A DNA stretch of 64,000 nucleotides from Candidatus Eiseniibacteriota bacterium. GTDB lineage: Bacteria; Eisenbacteria; RBG-16-71-46; SZUA-252. The notes beneath the pieces are model-generated. The model had not been told where the DNA came from and searched no databases. It worked only from the letters and a program-made list of their open reading frames with translations. Below, piece by piece: positions 1-12,475 of this stretch (positions are counted from its first letter, which is position 1; each line of letters starts with the position of its first letter). A program made the position numbers and the translations under genes. The stretch lies in NCBI GenBank assembly GCA_963703225.1, contig OY969801.1:1728001-1792000 (forward strand), written 5' to 3'.

Positions 1-1381
1 GCGAAGCGGCGAGCGCGTCGAGATTCTTGGGCTGATCCGGATCGACCAGGTAGGCGGCGACCATGGTGTCGAACGCGACGTCCCGAACCGGAATGCCAAA
101 CCGGTGGAGGGCGTGCCAATCGTACTTGGCGTTCTGGCCGGCCCGCTGCGCCCGCGGAGCCGCAAAGAAGGGGCGGAGCGCGTCCCTCACGCGATCGGCG
201 TCGAGATTCGGGCCCGCCTCGTGCCCCACCGGGAGGTAGAACGCCCGCCCCGGCGAGAGCGCGACCGAGATCCCAACAAGGTCGGCGCGGAGGGGGTTCA
301 ATCCGGTCGTCTCGGTGTCGAAGGAGACGGGCTCGCGCGCGTCCGCCAGCTCCCGGGCCAGGGCTTCCAGAGACGTTCCGGTCGATATGACGCCGTATTC
401 CCCGTACGGCGGCCGAGACTCCCTCGGCGGGCTCTTGACCGTGACGATCGACTCCGGGAAGAGGTCCGTCGCCATGGCCACCTCGATCTGCGGCGCGTAG
501 CGGCGCTTGAGCGTCTGGAATTCAAGCTCGTCCATCAGCCGGTGAAGCTCCCCCACCCGGATCGGCTCGCGCTCGAGCTCCCACCAGTGGCGGTCCAGCG
601 GGAGATCCGCCCGGATGGTGACCAACCTCCGGCTCAGCTCCGCGCGGTCGTGATGGGACCGAAGCTTCTCGCGCAAGGCCGGGCGATCCACGGAATCGAG
701 CGACCGGTAGAGCTCATCGACGGAATGGAAGCGCTGGATGAGCTGCGCCGCGGTCTTCTCTCCGACGCCGGGGACCCCGGGGATGTTGTCGGATGCGTCT
801 CCCATGAGCGCGAGCAGGTCGACCATCTCCCCCGGCTCGACGCCAAAGCGCTCTTTGACCGCGACCGGATCGATGGTACTGAGCTCGCCGCCTCGATTCT
901 GAGGCGCCAACACCTGAATGTTCTGGGAAATAAGCTGAAAGAAATCTTTGTCCCCGGTCAGGATGAATGCAGTCGCCCCGTCGCGCTCGGCCTCCTTGGC
1001 CAGGCTTCCGATCAGATCGTCCGCCTCCACCCCCTCCTGTTCGAGAATCGGGATCCCGAGCAGCCGGATCACCTCGCGGGCGCGCGGAATTTGCGCGACG
1101 AGATCCTTGGGAATCGGGGGGCGGTGTCCTTTGTAATCGGCATAGACCTTGTGGCGAAACGTCGGGGCCGCCGTGTCAAAAACGACCGCGACGCGGTCGG
1201 GGCGCTTTGACTCCAAGAGTGGAAGGAGCGTCTGGAGCACCCCGTAGGCGACGCTGGTCGGCTCCCCTTTCGCGTTTCGAAGCGGATTTCGGATGAACGC
1301 GTAGAAGGAGCGATAGAGGAGGGCCGATCCGTCGATCAGGAGAAGGCGCTTACCCGCGCGATCGTGTTCCGTAGAGCCCAT
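1..1381 (-). CDS. polA: DNA polymerase I, N-terminal part (5'-3' and 3'-5' exonuclease domains); runs off the left edge
   Basis: Not in the ORF track (no stop in window). Manual translation from ATG 1381: RLLLIDGSALLYRSFYAF..., EADDLIGSLA, TGDKDFFQL, GDASDNIPGVPGVGEKTA, FDTETTG, GQNAKYD, FDTMVAAYL. Confidence 0.96.
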   Translation of the reverse strand, partial: MGSTEHDRAGKRLLLIDGSALLYRSFYAFIRNPLRNAKGEPTSVAYGVLQTLLPLLESKRPDRVAVVFDTAAPTFRHKVYADYKGHRPPIPKDLVAQIPRAREVIRLLGIPILEQEGVEADDLIGSLAKEAERDGATAFILTGDKDFFQLISQNIQVLAPQNRGGELSTIDPVAVKERFGVEPGEMVDLLALMGDASDNIPGVPGVGEKTAAQLIQRFHSVDELYRSLDSVDRPALREKLRSHHDRAELSRRLVTIRADLPLDRHWWELEREPIRVGELHRLMDELEFQTLKRRYAPQIEVAMATDLFPESIVTVKSPPRESRPPYGEYGVISTGTSLEALARELADAREPVSFDTETTGLNPLRADLVGISVALSPGRAFYLPVGHEAGPNLDADRVRDALRPFFAAPRAQRAGQNAKYDWHALHRFGIPVRDVAFDTMVAAYLVDPDQPKNLDALAAS

Positions 1382-1955
1382 GGCGCGTGACGTAGGCGAG
1401 GACCTTGTCGGGTACCCAGTACCGAACGGAGAGCCCGCGGCGAAGCCGGCGGCGGATTTCGGTCGCGGAAATTCCGATACGAGGTGGGCGAAGAAAAAGC
1501 ACCCGACGCCGAAGCGAGGGGGCAAGCGAGGAGAGCTCGCGGTCGCCTCTCGGGAACACGACCAGGCGCGCCAGGTGGGTGATCCGCTCGGGGTCGCGCC
1601 ACGAATGGAATTCTTCCAGGCTGTCCTGCCCCATGATGAAGTAGAGATCCCCCGCTCCCCGACGCGAGAGCGCCTCCAGCGTATTCGCGGTGAAGGAGAT
1701 TCCGCCGCCATCGGCCTCGGCGCGGGAGACCTGAAATCGCTCGTTCCCTAAGGTGGCGAGCCGGAGCATCGCCAGCCGATGCTCGATGGGCGTGATGCCG
1801 CGCGATCGCTTGTGCGCCGGACGAGACGCCGGCACGAAGAGGACCCGATGGAGCCGCAGTCGGACCGCCGCCTCCTCCGCCATGATGAGGTGCCCCACAT
1901 GGACCGGATCGAAGGTCCCTCCGAAAATTCCCGTGCGGACGGAGGTGCGGCTCAC
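1350..1955 (-). CDS. nadD: Nicotinate-nucleotide adenylyltransferase
   Basis: GIFGGTFDPVHVGH (HxGH), FIMGQDS, ISATEIR, C-terminal GLY. Confidence 0.95.
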   Translation of the reverse strand: MSRTSVRTGIFGGTFDPVHVGHLIMAEEAAVRLRLHRVLFVPASRPAHKRSRGITPIEHRLAMLRLATLGNERFQVSRAEADGGGISFTANTLEALSRRGAGDLYFIMGQDSLEEFHSWRDPERITHLARLVVFPRGDRELSSLAPSLRRRVLFLRPPRIGISATEIRRRLRRGLSVRYWVPDKVLAYVTRHGLYGTRSRG

Positions 1956-2728
1956 GACTTGCCGCGTCCCTCGATCTCGCGCAGGCGTTCCTGGGCGCGC
2001 CGCTTGGCCTCGGGCGTCGCCTGGCTCTGCCCCACGGCCCGCAGCGCGGCCTCCGCTTCATCCTGTTTCCCCTGGCGGATCAGGACATCGGCCAGGAGAA
2101 GGCCGGCCTCGCCCGCCCAGGGAGAGTTTGGATACTCCGAGATGACGCCCCGCAGATAGTGGGCCGCCGCGTCGTAGTGCTTCAACCGGTAGTAGAGGCG
2201 GCCGTTCCGCCACCGCTTTTCCGCGAGCCGGTCGTTGAGGGCGTCCATGCGCTTCTTCGCCTCGGCGGCGCGCGGGTGCTCCGGGTAGAGATCGAGGAAA
2301 TCCTTGTAGCGAGAAATCGCCCGCGTGGTCTCGGTCTGGTCCAGGGGCGCCGAGTGAGACTGCAAATCGTCGCACCGGGCCAGTTGGAACATCGCGTCGG
2401 GCTGAAGGGGCGAGGCCGGGAAGTCCCGGATCAGCCGGTCGTATTGCCCGGACGCCAGAGGGTAGTCTTTGAGCTGAAAATAGGACTCGCCAAGATAGTA
2501 GAGCGCGTCATCGGTATTCTCGGTGCCCGGAAATTGCTCCACGTAGGCCTTCAGGTCGGAGATGGCGTCGACAAAGTCGCCCCGGTCGAACGCTTCCTTC
2601 CCGCGCTCGAAGCTGGCGACACCGCCGACCGCTGCCTCGCGGAGCGTCCCGCCGCAACCGGCCAGAAGCACGAGACTCATCGCGACGGCCGCCCTCGCCA
2701 GAGTCCGGCGCGCGGCGCGCATGCTCAT
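1952..2728 (-). CDS. bamD: Outer-membrane assembly lipoprotein BamD
   Basis: Lipobox LLAGC, TPR-like repeats, DQTET..AI...FL..YP, LAEK...G.LY; start 2728 forms an ATGA overlap with the upstream stop. Confidence 0.88.
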   Translation of the reverse strand: MSMRAARRTLARAAVAMSLVLLAGCGGTLREAAVGGVASFERGKEAFDRGDFVDAISDLKAYVEQFPGTENTDDALYYLGESYFQLKDYPLASGQYDRLIRDFPASPLQPDAMFQLARCDDLQSHSAPLDQTETTRAISRYKDFLDLYPEHPRAAEAKKRMDALNDRLAEKRWRNGRLYYRLKHYDAAAHYLRGVISEYPNSPWAGEAGLLLADVLIRQGKQDEAEAALRAVGQSQATPEAKRRAQERLREIEGRGKS

Positions 2729-3453
2729 CGTCGTCGCGGCTCCTCCGCGTCCCCGTCCTCGCGCTCGAGCATGGAGATATAGGACCGGGCCCGCACGTCG
2801 TCCCGGTTTTCCAGCAGGCAGCGCTCCCACTCCTCGCGAGCGCGGGCGCGGCGTCCCGACTTCCAGTAGACGACGCCGAGCGTCACGCGGGCGTCCAGAT
2901 AGCGCGAGTTCTGCGCCAGGGCCTCCGCCAACACGGTCTCCGCGTCCTGATAGAGACCCATGTCCGCGTAGACGGCTCCGAGCTTGTTCTTGATGTCCAA
3001 GAACCGCGGAGCGTGGCGGAGCGCCTTTCGATACTCCTGAGACGCGTCGACGAGAAGTCCGAGATTCCGGTAGGTGTCTCCCAGGAGCGTGTGTGACTCT
3101 GCGAGGTGCGACCGGACATCCGGCGAAAGGTTCTCGTGGTCCGGATCGCGGGGAATGTCCATCTGAAATTCCCGGAGCGCGTCCTCGTATCGGCCCAGGT
3201 CGTTCAAGATGATCGCGAGGTTGAGCCGCGCTTCCACGTACCGCGGGTTCAGGTGGAGGGCCTGCTGAAACTCGGTCACCGCCCCCTCCCGCTCTCCGCT
3301 CAGGCTCAGGGCGAGGCCCAGCTGATTGTGAAGATCCGGAAAATCGGGGTGGATCTTGATCGCCTCGCGAATCTCCTCGAGCGCTTCCGGGTAGAGCCCC
3401 CGCCCCAAGTAGTCGCGGGCCAGTACCTGATGCTGCTTGGCCGCCACGCTCAT
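2725..3453 (-). CDS. Tetratricopeptide-repeat protein
   Basis: Multiple TPRs (HPDFPDLHNQLG, NPRYVEARLNLA, FLDIKNKLG); GGAGG before ATG 3453. Confidence 0.85.
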   Translation of the reverse strand: MSVAAKQHQVLARDYLGRGLYPEALEEIREAIKIHPDFPDLHNQLGLALSLSGEREGAVTEFQQALHLNPRYVEARLNLAIILNDLGRYEDALREFQMDIPRDPDHENLSPDVRSHLAESHTLLGDTYRNLGLLVDASQEYRKALRHAPRFLDIKNKLGAVYADMGLYQDAETVLAEALAQNSRYLDARVTLGVVYWKSGRRARAREEWERCLLENRDDVRARSYISMLEREDGDAEEPRRR

Positions 3454-3488
3454 TGTGATCCTCCCTGGAACCACGCCATGCCTCCGCC

Positions 3489-4175
3489 TCAGTTACGGTT
3501 TGAATAGAAGAGCACTACGAGACCGGCCACCACCCCGACGACGATGAGCGGCTCGAGCCACCGCGTCCCGCCTCCGTGCGGTGGAGGCGGGTTGAGGCGA
3601 CCCGATCCGCTGGCGGCGTAAACAACGTCCCCCGAGGGAACGATGTCGGTGGCGCTCCGCGCCGAGGAACGGGTCCAGTAGACCTCGCGGCTCACGGGAT
3701 CGATCAAGGTCGCGTTGGCCCTCATCGCGGCGAGCCGCTCGTATCCCTTCGTTCCAAACGGAAACTTTCCAATCCGCCGCACGTAGCTGACCCCGGATCC
3801 GTCCACCTGCAGATTCAGCCTTAGGGGATGCCCCGCGCTCTCGCCGTTCGCGAAAAGGGTGGCGGTATCGGGATCCACCGCTTCCGCCCCGCCCCCGCCC
3901 GCCAGTCGGACCGGCACGTTCTGGGCCCTCAGACGGCTCACGAGGCGCTGCGTGAGAAGGCCGAGCGTGTCGCCAGGCGCGGGAGACTGGAGAACGATGG
4001 GGCGTCCCGCCGGAATCGGCGCGTCTCGCAAGAGGTCGGCCGCGACCACCGCGGCGACGGAATCGAGCGCCATGCTGTGGGTGGGCGGGAGCGCGTGATC
4101 CGCGCGCGCGCCGACCGTCACCGCGAGCAGCCATGTCGCGACCAAGGCCAAAGAGACTCCAAGCGGACCTCTCAC
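3489..4175 (-). CDS. Hypothetical exported protein with C-terminal membrane anchor
   Basis: N-terminal signal peptide, C-terminal WLEPLIVVGVVAGLVVLFYSNRN; GTGA overlap with rimO stop. Confidence 0.7.
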   Translation of the reverse strand: MRGPLGVSLALVATWLLAVTVGARADHALPPTHSMALDSVAAVVAADLLRDAPIPAGRPIVLQSPAPGDTLGLLTQRLVSRLRAQNVPVRLAGGGGAEAVDPDTATLFANGESAGHPLRLNLQVDGSGVSYVRRIGKFPFGTKGYERLAAMRANATLIDPVSREVYWTRSSARSATDIVPSGDVVYAASGSGRLNPPPPHGGGTRWLEPLIVVGVVAGLVVLFYSNRN

Positions 4176-5569
4176 CCCGTCACCTCCGCCTCGAGATCGT
4201 AGTGGCTCGCGCGCACGACGCGAGCCTGCACCCGCTCGCCCGCCCGGAGCGGATCCCGACCCGGGAGGGTGCGCATGTAGGTCACCCCGTCCACCTCAAA
4301 CCCCTGCTGCTCGACGCGCCCGACGAAGACGCCGGGGCGCGAAGCGGCAGGGCCGTCGATCCGCGCTTCCACGGTCCGCCCGACCCACGCGCCCCAGACG
4401 CGCGATGCCAGCTCTCTCTGCTCCGCCATGAGCCTCCGCCGGCGCTCCACCTTGACGCGCTCCGGAATCTGCTCCGCCATCCGTCCGGCCGGAGTGCCCT
4501 CCTCCTTCGAGTAGGCAAAACAGCCGACGTGGTCGAACTGGCCCCGACGCACCGTGGCGAGCAGCTGCTCAAAATCCGCTTCCGTCTCGCCGGGAAATCC
4601 GACGATGAAATGGGTCCGGATTGCCACGTCGGGAATCCGAGCACGTAGGGTGTCGATCAGACGTGCCTGGTCGTCCTGGCGCACCTCCCGCCTCATCCGC
4701 CGAAGCATCCGGTCGGTCACGTGCTGGAGCGGGATGTCGACGTACCGGCAGACTTTCCGTTCCTCTTCAAACACCCGGATCAACTCTTCGCTCCAGGTCT
4801 TGGGGTGGGTGTAATGGACCCGCAGCCATTCGATCCCGTCGATCGCGGCGAGCGCGCGGAGAAGCTCGGGCAGGCGCCCCTGGCCGTAGAGATCCTCTCC
4901 GTACGAGGTCGAATCCTGCGCGATGAGCAGAAGCTCCTTCGCTCCAGCCGTCGCCAGGCGTCGGGCCTCCTCCACGACCGATTCAAAGGGCCGGCTCCGA
5001 AGATCGCCTCTGAGGCGAGGAATGATGCAGAAGGTGCATCGGAAGTCGCAGCCGTCGGCGATTCGCAGATAGGCCAGATGACGCGGGGTGGAAACGGCCC
5101 GGTGCATGGCCAAGTCGACGGCCGTCCCGGGGGGCCCCACCTCGAGGATTCCGCTGCCTCCGCGGCCGACGCGGTGGGCGACGCGAGCGATGGCGTCCAC
5201 CTGCCCGGTGCCGACCACCGCGTCGATCTCGGGGATTTCGTGGAGAAGCTCGGCTTGATATCGCTGCGCGAGGCAGCCCGCGACGATCAGCGCCCGAATC
5301 TGCCCCTCGCGTTTGAGCGCCGCCAGCTCGAGGATTCGGTCGATCGATTCCTTCTGCGACGGCCCGATGAACGCGCAGGTATTCACCACCGCGACTTCCG
5401 CTTCCCGTACATCCGCGGTCATGGTGAATCCGCCCCGGGCGAGGAGTCCCGCCATGATCTCGGAATCGACGAGATTCTTGGCGCAGCCGAGGGTGACCAG
5501 AGCCACCTTCAGGTCGGGCGGCCCGCCGCCATTCTTCCGGGGTGGGGCGAGAGCGATCGGGTGAATCAC
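4172..5569 (-). CDS. rimO: Ribosomal protein S12 methylthiotransferase
   Basis: TLGCAKNLVDSE, VNTCAFI, GCLAQRY, YLRIADGCDFRCTFCIIP, TRAM end with EVDG. Confidence 0.95.
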   Translation of the reverse strand: MIHPIALAPPRKNGGGPPDLKVALVTLGCAKNLVDSEIMAGLLARGGFTMTADVREAEVAVVNTCAFIGPSQKESIDRILELAALKREGQIRALIVAGCLAQRYQAELLHEIPEIDAVVGTGQVDAIARVAHRVGRGGSGILEVGPPGTAVDLAMHRAVSTPRHLAYLRIADGCDFRCTFCIIPRLRGDLRSRPFESVVEEARRLATAGAKELLLIAQDSTSYGEDLYGQGRLPELLRALAAIDGIEWLRVHYTHPKTWSEELIRVFEEERKVCRYVDIPLQHVTDRMLRRMRREVRQDDQARLIDTLRARIPDVAIRTHFIVGFPGETEADFEQLLATVRRGQFDHVGCFAYSKEEGTPAGRMAEQIPERVKVERRRRLMAEQRELASRVWGAWVGRTVEARIDGPAASRPGVFVGRVEQQGFEVDGVTYMRTLPGRDPLRAGERVQARVVRASHYDLEAEVTG

Positions 5570-7908
5570 GCTTCGGTCCCCACCTCGGGGACACGCGACC
5601 GGCGCTCCGCCAGATCGTGCTCGGTGACGAGCACATCTCTTCCCTTGGCTCCCTCGGGCGGGCCGACCACCCCTCGCTCCTCCAGCAGGTCGAGCAGCCG
5701 GGCGGCGCGGGAGTAGCCCACCTTGAGCCGCCGCTGGAGCATCGACGTCGACGCCTGCTGGTGAAGCACGACCAGCCGCATCGCCTCGTCGTAGAGGTCG
5801 TCGTCGGCGTCGGCGCTCGTCGTGGCCGCCTGCTCGAGCACCGCTTCATCCAAGGGCGCCGCGGCCCCCTGGGAGCGCAGAAAGGAAACCACCCGCTCGA
5901 TCTCCTCGCTGGACACGTACGAGCCATGGATCCGGTACGGCTCCGGCTTCCCCGCCGGGAGATAGAGGCTGTCGCCGTTCCCCAGGAGGCTCTCCGCGCC
6001 GTTCATGTCGAGGATCACGCGGGAATCGGTCCGGCTCGCCACCTGGAACGCGATTCGAGAGGGGAAATTTGCCTTGATGACGCCGGTCAGCACGTCGACC
6101 GAGGGGCGCTGCGTCGCGAGGATCAGGTGGATTCCCACGGCGCGGGCCATCTGGGCAAGGCGGCCGATCGGCTCCTCGATCTCCGCGGGGAGGAGCGCCA
6201 TGAGATCGGCCAGTTCATCGACGACCACGACCAGATACGGAAGCCTCGCGTCCTCCACGGCCGCCGGATCGAGGCCGAGCCGGTTGTAGGCGTCGATGTT
6301 CCGCGCGCCATGCCGCGCGAGCACCTGATAGCGTCGCTCCATCTCCTTGACGCAGTAACGCAGCGCCTGGGCCGCCTTCTTGGGGTCGGTCACGACAGGC
6401 ATCCGAAGATGCGGGATTCCGTTGTAGGGCGTCAGCTCGAGCATCTTCGGATCGATGAGGATGAAGCGAAGCTCGGCCGGCGTTCGCTTCACGAGCAGGC
6501 TCATGATCAGCGCGTTGATGCAGACGCTCTTTCCGGAGCCGGTGGCTCCGGCGATCAGGAGGTGCGGCATCCGCTCGAGCGACGCGGTGAACGGAACGCC
6601 CGCGACGTCCTTCCCGAGCGCGAACGGAAGCGCGTCCCGAGATTGCTGAAACGCGGCCGACGCGATGATCTCCCGGAAGGAGACGGTCGCCTTGACCCGA
6701 TTGGGAATCTCGATCCCCACCGCGGCCTTCCCGGGGATGGGCGCGACGATCCGGATCCGCTGCGCCCGGAGCGCGAGCGCCAGGTCGTCCTGACGATTCA
6801 TGATCTGGTTCACCTTCACTCCCGGGGCCGGCTCGTATTCAAAGAGCGTGATCACGGGCCCGGGATGGACCTCGGAGACTTTGCCGGCCACGCCGAAATC
6901 GGCGAGGGTCCGTTCCAGGACGCGGGAGAGCTCGAAGAGCTCCGCCTCCTCCACCGCCACCTGCTTCGCGTCGTGCCGGTCGAGGAGATCGAGCGGAGGA
7001 AGCTGGGCCTCCGGGACCGCCGCGGGGCCCAGCCCCAGCCCGCTCTCGGGAGGGGCCTCCACCATCCGCTTTCGCTCTTCGCGAGCCGCCGGGCGATCAT
7101 TCACCGGATCGGCACGCTGCGCCGACGGGGGAAATGGAATGGAGAGAGCTTCGGCGCGGGCCTCTCCTTCCTTCCGCGCGACGATCCGCGGGCGCGATTC
7201 GCGGCGGAGCGCCACCTCCTCGGCAGGCGTGAAGGCGCGCTGGAGAGCCTCCTCCTCCTCGGCCGGACCGATCCGACCGCGCCGCGCGCGGCCCAGGCCG
7301 GGTGCCGCCTCCGCCTCGGCCGCCTCGACGTCGGTCGGGGCCCGCCGCGCCTTGCCGCGACGCGGCGAGAAGCGGGCCAACAGCGAGCCAAGAAGCTTCC
7401 GCAGCGGGGACGCGGTTCCGATTTCGAACGCGATCACCGCGAGAATGACGAGCGCGGTGCCGAGGAGAAGCTCACCGCCTATGCGGCCGAGCAGGCGTGC
7501 CGCCACCCGACCGACCCACTCCCCGGTTCGGCCGACGAGCGCCCGATTCTCCCCCATGAGGAGGTAAACCAGCCCCATCGCTCCGAGCGCGGCCGCGGCC
7601 GCCAGCGCGGTGCGGATCCAAAGCTCGCTGGTTGGCGCGACGCGGAGCCGATTCCAACCCCACGCCAGAAGCGCGATCGGAATGAGCCAGGCTCCGATGG
7701 AGCCGAGCGCGATACCAAGTCCTGTGGCGACGAAGGCGCCGATCACCCCCGCCTGATTCCGCACGGCCCCCGTCCCCATGAGATCGGTGGCGGTGTCCCG
7801 CGGATCGCGGCTGAACAGGGCGAGGAGAAGGAAGAGGGCGAGGGAAAGAAAGCAAAGCCCGAGGATCTGGTACTTGCGCCGTACCGAAACCCGGCCCAGG
7901 AGCCACAT
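5566..7908 (-). CDS. ftsK: DNA translocase FtsK
   Basis: N-terminal TM domain, MPHLLIAGATGSGKS, DELADLM, ATQRPSVDV, gamma domain LQRRLKVGYSRAARL. Confidence 0.96.
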   Translation of the reverse strand: MWLLGRVSVRRKYQILGLCFLSLALFLLLALFSRDPRDTATDLMGTGAVRNQAGVIGAFVATGLGIALGSIGAWLIPIALLAWGWNRLRVAPTSELWIRTALAAAAALGAMGLVYLLMGENRALVGRTGEWVGRVAARLLGRIGGELLLGTALVILAVIAFEIGTASPLRKLLGSLLARFSPRRGKARRAPTDVEAAEAEAAPGLGRARRGRIGPAEEEEALQRAFTPAEEVALRRESRPRIVARKEGEARAEALSIPFPPSAQRADPVNDRPAAREERKRMVEAPPESGLGLGPAAVPEAQLPPLDLLDRHDAKQVAVEEAELFELSRVLERTLADFGVAGKVSEVHPGPVITLFEYEPAPGVKVNQIMNRQDDLALALRAQRIRIVAPIPGKAAVGIEIPNRVKATVSFREIIASAAFQQSRDALPFALGKDVAGVPFTASLERMPHLLIAGATGSGKSVCINALIMSLLVKRTPAELRFILIDPKMLELTPYNGIPHLRMPVVTDPKKAAQALRYCVKEMERRYQVLARHGARNIDAYNRLGLDPAAVEDARLPYLVVVVDELADLMALLPAEIEEPIGRLAQMARAVGIHLILATQRPSVDVLTGVIKANFPSRIAFQVASRTDSRVILDMNGAESLLGNGDSLYLPAGKPEPYRIHGSYVSSEEIERVVSFLRSQGAAAPLDEAVLEQAATTSADADDDLYDEAMRLVVLHQQASTSMLQRRLKVGYSRAARLLDLLEERGVVGPPEGAKGRDVLVTEHDLAERRSRVPEVGTEA

Positions 7909-7922
7909 GGGTTGCTCCCTGC

Positions 7923-10391
<2,469 letters not shown>

Positions 10392-10395
<4 letters not shown>

Positions 10396-11372
10396 GTACT
10401 CTTCACCTCCGATGAGTCTCCAACGTTGAGTCGCTGATAGGCCCCGCGGGCCACCGCGTTTTCCCCGACGACGGACAGGTCGAGGAGCGCGTCCTCCACG
10501 GTGGCGCCCTGGCTGATGATCGAGTTCCGCACCACGGCGCGCCGCACCCGGGCACCCGGGCCGATGGATGTGTGGGGACCGATCACCGCGTGAAGGACGT
10601 CCGCGCTGGGATCGATCGCCACAGGCGGCAAACAGACCACCCCCGGACGGGATACCGGTCCCGCCTGGAGGTCGAGCAGCGCGCGGTTCGTTTCGAGAAG
10701 CGTGTCGGTCTTGCCGCAATCATACCAAGCCTGGACCGGAAACGGGCGGAGATCCTCCCCCTGCTCGATCATTCGCTGGAGGGCGTCGGTCAATTGGAGC
10801 TCCCCTCGGGTCCGCTTGCCCTCCCCTTCCAGCGCGGCAAGGCAGCGAAAGAGAAGGGGCGCGTTTTTCAGGTAATAGAGCCCTACGATCGCCAGATTGG
10901 ATTCCGGTTGCTCGGGCTTTTCCACCAGGCGCGTGATCCGCCCCTCCCGGACGATCGCGACGCCGAAACGGCGCGGGTCGGACACCTCCCGGACTCCCAC
11001 GCTCGAGCCGCCCGCGGTGAACTCCTTGAGCGGCGCCAGCGCGATGGTGTCCCCCAGGACGATGAGCAGTGGCGCCTCTCCCACCCTCTCCCGGGCCTGC
11101 GCCACGGCGTGGCCAAGCCCCAACGGCTCCGACTGAACCACGCTCTCGATGGGGAGAGTGCCCCGGCGCGCGAACTGGACGATGCGCTCTCCCTGCGGGC
11201 CAGGCCCTACGACCAGAACCACCTTCGACGGCTCGGCCCCGGCCACCTGGTCGAGGATGTGGGCCAGAATCGGCCTTCCGGCGACCTCCAGGAGCGCCTT
11301 GGGCGTCGTGAACGTGTGAGGCTTGAGCCTCGTGCCGGCGCCGGCAACCGGGATGACCGCGACCGGCCTCAC
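10392..11372 (-). CDS. Sugar-phosphate nucleotidyltransferase with C-terminal beta-helix (Glc-1-P thymidylyltransferase-like)
   Basis: [16 protein letters not shown]...[36 protein letters not shown] 11372 overlaps upstream TGA. Confidence 0.9.
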
Positions 11373-12475
11373 CGCTTCAACGCTTTCTTGAGCGATAGAA
11401 CTCCTGGCAAGGCGCTGGGGTCGGTTCCATGGGCCAGGGCAAGGTAATAGCTCACGAAATCCCCCATGGCCGTGGAGGTCATGAGCCGCGTCATCGCGTC
11501 GACGTCGTTCGACTGGTAGGTCTCGACCTGGAGCCCCTTCCGTTTCAGGTACGCCGTGAGCCAGTGAAACCGGGCCTGCACCCGCGGGTGATCCGCGCGC
11601 GCCCGAAGGAGTACCGCCGCGAAGCGCCCCACCTGTCCCGTGGGGTGAACGTATCCATCGACCTCGTTGTGGTTCATCTCCGGAAGCGGCGAGGCCCACG
11701 CCATATGCTTGGCGTTTTCGTTCAGCTGCCCCTTCCAGCGCATGGCCACCGGTCCCAGCGTGCGCTCATTCGCGATCACCACGATCGAACGTCCGCCCAG
11801 GCGTATCGCCAATCTTTTTGCAGGGTTGCGGGATTCTATCACAGTCCTACGGCAAGCGGAAGCGACCTCTTCCACTCCCCGAGCCGCAGCCTCGATCCGG
11901 GCCGGGCCGTCCAGGATCAGGCCAAGGTGCGAAGCGACCTGAATCAGCGTGGAAAAGGAGTACCCGAGGGCGGCGCGAGGGGGGTGCCCCGAGGGAAGGG
12001 TTGCCAAGGGGACCTGGTCGGCCGCCGCGAGACGGGCCAGGCTCCCGCCGGTCGAGAGCACGATCGATCGAGCCCCGAGCGCCCGCACCGCTTTGTAGGC
12101 GGTCAAGGTCTCCTCGGTCTCCCCTGAATACGAAGAAAATACGAGGAGGTCCTCAGGTGTGATCCAGGCCGGAGGCTCGTAGTGTCGGACGACGTGGAAC
12201 GGAGAGGTACCTTCCAGATCGACGAGCGCCCGGACCATGTCGCCGGCGATGGCCGACCCCCCCATCCCGAAGAGGACCACACGCCGCGGCCGATGGGGCG
12301 CGAGCCGGGCCAAGACCGGCGCCGCGATCGAGGCGCCCGCGCGGAGCTGCCCCGCGAATCCCTCGATTCGATCCCCCATACCATCCGGATCGAGCCGCGC
12401 CGTCCATTCCGGCGAGTCGAGGCCGGAGCGCGCTCCCGCGCGCGGGCGTGGAGATGCGCCGTGCCGAGGCATCAC
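11369..12475 (-). CDS. Bifunctional phosphoglucose/phosphomannose isomerase (SIS family)
   Basis: GMGGSAIAGD, SSYSGETEET, PRAALG, RWKGQLNENAK, PEMNHNE. Confidence 0.93.
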   Translation of the reverse strand: MMPRHGASPRPRAGARSGLDSPEWTARLDPDGMGDRIEGFAGQLRAGASIAAPVLARLAPHRPRRVVLFGMGGSAIAGDMVRALVDLEGTSPFHVVRHYEPPAWITPEDLLVFSSYSGETEETLTAYKAVRALGARSIVLSTGGSLARLAAADQVPLATLPSGHPPRAALGYSFSTLIQVASHLGLILDGPARIEAAARGVEEVASACRRTVIESRNPAKRLAIRLGGRSIVVIANERTLGPVAMRWKGQLNENAKHMAWASPLPEMNHNEVDGYVHPTGQVGRFAAVLLRARADHPRVQARFHWLTAYLKRKGLQVETYQSNDVDAMTRLMTSTAMGDFVSYYLALAHGTDPSALPGVLSLKKALKR

